Assembly: GCA_051294375.1 (NCBI GenBank)
Contig: CM119267.1
Location: forward strand, 11,483,170-11,495,085
From: Paraspadella gotoi
Lineage: Eukaryota; Animalia; Chaetognatha
DNA length: 11,916 nt
Direction: 5' to 3'
Below the pieces are notes generated by a model. The model was not told where the DNA came from. It saw nothing but the letters and a program-made list of their open reading frames with translations, and did no database searches. Positions 7,860 to 11,916 of the stretch are shown piece by piece. Position 1 is the first letter of the stretch. Each line of letters starts with the position of its first letter. The position numbers were made by a program, and so were the translations under genes.

Positions 7860-8078
7860 GTTTATTATATTTGGAAACAACTTATATATCTTTCAACATC
7901 AACTCTATTCACTCTGTCACGCTGGAGAAGTATTAACTCGAGGGAAAAACCACCTCGCTCCACACTCGCGGAAAAATGTTTTCTACATAAAGAAAATTAA
8001 AAAAAGAAGAAAAAAAAGAAAGTTTCTTTCCCCGTTTTCTTTTTTCCCTCTATTTGTTTCACTCTGTCGTTGGACCAA

Positions 8079-8458
8079 NNNNNNNNNNNNNNNNNNNNNN
8101 NNNNNNNNNNNNNNNNNNNNNNNNNNNNNNNNNNNNNNNNNNNNNNNNNNNNNNNNNNNNNNNNNNNNNNNNNNNNNNNNNNNNNNNNNNNNNNNNNNNN
8201 NNNNNNNNNNNNNNNNNNNNNNNNNNNNNNNNNNNNNNNNNNNNNNNNNNNNNNNNNNNNNNNNNNNNNNNNNNNNNNNNNNNNNNNNNNNNNNNNNNNN
8301 NNNNNNNNNNNNNNNNNNNNNNNNNNNNNNNNNNNNNNNNNNNNNNNNNNNNNNNNNNNNNNNNNNNNNNNNNNNNNNNNNNNNNNNNNNNNNNNNNNNN
8401 NNNNNNNNNNNNNNNNNNNNNNNNNNNNNNNNNNNNNNNNNNNNNNNNNNNNNNNNNN
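8079..8458. other. Assembly gap (380 N)
   Basis: N run. Confidence 1.
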
Positions 8459-8495
8459 AACCGGGGGACCCCTCATCTTCTCATCGATGATCTCA

Positions 8496-8573
8496 TGACA
8501 CATCATCATCCTGTCACAAACGGCAGGTGTTTCACTGTCACTAAACCTTTCTGAGGTGATCGGATGACACCTC
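8496..8573. promoter_or_regulatory. Putative enhancer-like cluster of TGACA (TALE: Hth/Meis-type) and AGGTG (T-box half-site / E-box) motifs
   Basis: TGACA 8496, TGTCA 8512, TGTCA 8536, TGACACCT 8565-8572, CAGGTG 8524-8529, GAGGTG 8553-8558. Confidence 0.3.
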
Positions 8574-8609
8574 GTTATCACTTTTGGGTTGAACATCCGC
8601 TCGTATCAA

Positions 8610-8735
8610 CGACGTCTCGTAATCGACGCCCACGCGACGTCACTTTGACGCCGCTACCATACGATTTTTGACGCAGTCAGACGTTAAATTACGCCACAGT
8701 CTGACGTCACATTGGTTGACATCTAATTACGTCAC
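8610..8735. repeat. Degenerate array of GACGTC/TGACG-like cores at mostly 10-15 bp spacing
   Basis: Cores at 8610, 8624, 8635, 8646, 8669, 8679, 8689, 8702 (perfect TGACGTCA), 8717 and 8727. Confidence 0.6.
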
Positions 8736-9578
8736 GGTTCGGGTATCCTTTTTTTAAATTTTCTTATTTTTTACTTTTTTGCCAATTTTTATGTGTCTCC
8801 TATTTTATCGTCGTATAAATTGATGCCTCACTCCCCAACCCTAGCGCCACTTTTCATTCTGCCGTCATCCTGGAAGAAATACCTAAAGTAAGCTGCAAAG
8901 ATACGGGTTATCATTTATTTAAAAAAAGAAATAAAAAACATGAATAAAAAATGATTAGGAAAGGAAATGAATTCCTTATACGTAAGTATTCACATTAAAA
9001 AAAAAACCAAACCGTGACAATGGAGAATGAAACCCGTTCTTGAGAGTGACAATTCTGTCTCCATTCGTGTGATCTGTGTCACAAAAGATTTACCACCCTC
9101 TCAATTACTCTCGTTAACCTTTCCGAAGTTTTTCAGGGAATCAATGAAATCTTCACCACAACTTTTTTTTAATTTCCTTTCTAAATTTGGTTCAGGCAAT
9201 TCACTATACATCCTTTCATTATCACTGTACATTGAGAAATCGAAACACCTATGGTGGGTTTTTCACTCAAGATTTAACTCCATACCAAAAGAAGTTTTAA
9301 CTAAAAAAAAAAATCAGAATCGCAAGCCACTTTTAAACCCCCTCTCCACACTCCCGCCCCCTTGTTTCGGATCGAGGTGCGGGATTAATCTAAACACGGA
9401 AGGAGTTTCTATGATCTCGTCTCTCTTTACACGAAGAGACTCAGATGGTTCCACCGTTTCACCACTGCGAAAAAAAAACAGGCTTCCAACATGAAAAGGC
9501 GGATCTCATTTTTTCCGATTTCGCGGAAATTTTTTTTTCTTCCGAAAGGGGGCGTTTCCTTACTTACTTGAACGAAGT

Positions 9579-9692
<114 letters not shown>

Positions 9693-10810
9693 AACCGTCA
9701 GAATTGGCACTTAAAAGAGAGAGAGCAGGGTTAGCCGTCGAGGGATCCAAGACTGAAAGAGAAAACGGAAAAGATTAGGAAAGAAAAGGTTAAGAAATTA
9801 TTCTTATTTCTGTCTCCTTTTTCTCTCCGTTGCCGCACCCCTCGTCTTTCACAGCGTTGCTATTTTGGTATCATCTTCTTTTCCGACTCAAACCAGCCAA
9901 CTTCTTTTTCTACTTTTAATACAATTACCAAACAATTCCCTTCCCTTTCTCATTTTTTTTAAAAGGCATCGTTTCCCCTTCAACTTCCCCGCTTGTCTGC
10001 CCCTCACAGTTCCTTTCAATTCATTGCGACGTGATCTCATCAATTTTCACCAATTCACGTTCAAGTTCATGTTCAACGATCATAAAACTTTGTTTTAAAC
10101 GTATTAAACAATTCCCTCTTTTTTATTAAAATTCATTCACTCACTCCCTCCGCTCCTAATATTCCCCGCCCCCACACACAAAAAAAAATTGATAGTCTTC
10201 ACTCCTCACCCCGATTTTTGCTTTAATAATGTTATGGGGCTTTTTTTAGCCGAGGTTCCATGTCGAGACATTGAAGGTGTCAACGCTCTCGTTCTCGAGT
10301 TCATCGTCGATATTATGGTCGTCGTCGCATAGGAACCATTTGCCAAAAATAAAAAATATGGAATCTTCAAAATGTTGTTCGATTCATATGACAAAGACGA
10401 AGCCTGAATATCATTTTTGGGGAGGATTTTTTTTATCTCTGAGAAAATTGTCTCGAAGAAAATATGAAAAAAAGAACGAAAGGAAAAAAAATGATAGGAA
10501 AAATTTCCCATTATGTGTTTTCTTGTTATCTTAATCGATAAACATATTAGACGCCGCCTCATTTTTTTTCCGAAATTGATATTTAATGATTATTTTCGAA
10601 GTTTTTTCGAACTAGTATTTTAGGTACTTTTTTTTTTGCATCGTATTTTCAGAAACAGCATTTGTCAGCCAAGTGAGGAACGCTAGTCCCACCGCATCGC
10701 CACCTCCCTGCAGGTTGGCCGCAGGGCTGAAGCCTGTCTGAAGTGCTTGGGTCTGCATCGGTGCTGTTCACCCTCGTGGATCGGCGCCGCACAACGTCGA
10801 TGCCGGTTTT

Positions 10811-11012
10811 NNNNNNNNNNNNNNNNNNNNNNNNNNNNNNNNNNNNNNNNNNNNNNNNNNNNNNNNNNNNNNNNNNNNNNNNNNNNNNNNNNNNNNNNNN
10901 NNNNNNNNNNNNNNNNNNNNNNNNNNNNNNNNNNNNNNNNNNNNNNNNNNNNNNNNNNNNNNNNNNNNNNNNNNNNNNNNNNNNNNNNNNNNNNNNNNNN
11001 NNNNNNNNNNNN
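10811..11012. other. Assembly gap (202 N)
   Basis: N run. Confidence 1.
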
Positions 11013-11263
11013 AAATTTCTGGGCGGGGAGGATATCTCACCCGGTTTGTTTACGTCGCTTAGAGAGAAAACGACATTCTGAATGATACCGAAAATCAGAC
11101 CCAGGAAAAGATACGGCGCTGGTGGAGTAAGATGCCACTTTTGGTCGCGACTTCGCCGCCGCTCGTTTTTTGTTTACTAGACGCTATTTCTCTCTCGATT
11201 CGCAAACTCGTTTTCGATTCAAAGAGAGAGAGAGATGTTTTATTCCGGCGTGGCTTTGAGATG

Positions 11264-11306
11264 TATATATATATAATATTGTATATATTATAGATATATA
11301 TTATAT
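11264..11306. repeat. Degenerate (TA)n tract
   Basis: tatatatatataatattgtatatattatagatatatattatat. Confidence 0.8.
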
Positions 11307-11405
11307 CACCGCGCAACGGCTGTGGCGCTGAAAAAATAGGTGCGAATTCGTTTTGTAAATAAATACGTCAATAGACGAGCAGGGGAACGAAAAGAAAATC
11401 ACTTG

Positions 11406-11599
11406 GTGACACCAAAAAAGTGACGCTAATAAAGTGCCGTCAAAAAGAGTGCAAGAAAAGCAACATCAAGAAGCAACTTACAAAGACCCTCGCCAAAAAA
11501 ATCGGCAAAATAATCGACGCAAAAAACTAAAAGCTTTAAAAGTCACTCAAAATCCGGATCAAAAAAGCAAAATCGAAAAAGCAGCGCCGAAAAAGCAGC
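11406..11599. repeat. Degenerate 11-15 bp tandem array of GC-containing cores and A-tracts, running into a gap
   Basis: gtgacaccaaaaaa (11406), gtgacgctaataaa (11420), gtgccgtcaaaaaga (11434), gtgcaagaaaa, gcaacatcaagaa; ends with cgaaaaagcagc at 11574 and 11588 (period 14). Confidence 0.6.
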
Positions 11600-11825
11600 N
11601 NNNNNNNNNNNNNNNNNNNNNNNNNNNNNNNNNNNNNNNNNNNNNNNNNNNNNNNNNNNNNNNNNNNNNNNNNNNNNNNNNNNNNNNNNNNNNNNNNNNN
11701 NNNNNNNNNNNNNNNNNNNNNNNNNNNNNNNNNNNNNNNNNNNNNNNNNNNNNNNNNNNNNNNNNNNNNNNNNNNNNNNNNNNNNNNNNNNNNNNNNNNN
11801 NNNNNNNNNNNNNNNNNNNNNNNNN
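11600..11825. other. Assembly gap (226 N)
   Basis: N run. Confidence 1.
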
Positions 11826-11916
11826 NTCTTTCTGTCTCTCTCTCGCTCTCTTACTGAAAACAGCCAAACAAAGTCAAAGAAGACGAGATGAAAACAGAAA
11901 AAAAAATGTTTTACGA

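Noticed and set aside
9027-9494. 155-aa ORF outside the microsatellites
   Set aside because: It crosses poly-T and poly-A runs, has an S/L/F/K-biased composition typical of AT-rich non-coding DNA, and shows no recognisable domain.
10596-10617. Helitron 3' end (TTCGAA...TTCGAA followed by CTAGT)
   Set aside because: The hairpin is weak, AT-rich and directly adjacent to CTAG rather than GC-rich and about 10 nt upstream. No 5' end is identifiable.

Overview
This is eukaryotic, almost certainly non-coding (intronic or intergenic) DNA from a gapped draft scaffold with four N-runs totalling 930 nt. It is AT-rich, shows no obvious CpG depletion, and is dense in microsatellites, mainly (GA/TC)n plus (AAAG)n, (ACC)n and (ACG/CGT)n. 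That composition fits an invertebrate, possibly arthropod/crustacean, genome (inference only). No ORF in the track resembles a protein family I recognise; most are read-throughs of microsatellites (ERER/SLSL) or N-gaps. I found no tRNA, rRNA, CRISPR array or transposase/RT. Supported structure: (1) a six-unit 41-43 bp minisatellite at 530-779 with alternating A/B units; (2) three degenerate 10-15 bp arrays of TGACGTCA-like cores (4381, 8610, 11406); (3) short higher-complexity islands carrying TF-motif clusters, hairpins and splice signals. The islands include a textbook + strand 3' splice site with stop and AATAAA (7774-7859), a possible 100-nt minus-strand exon (7313-7412) and a G-U-rich + strand hairpin (6045-6093). 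I cannot support a novel biological system here; the findings are testable leads.
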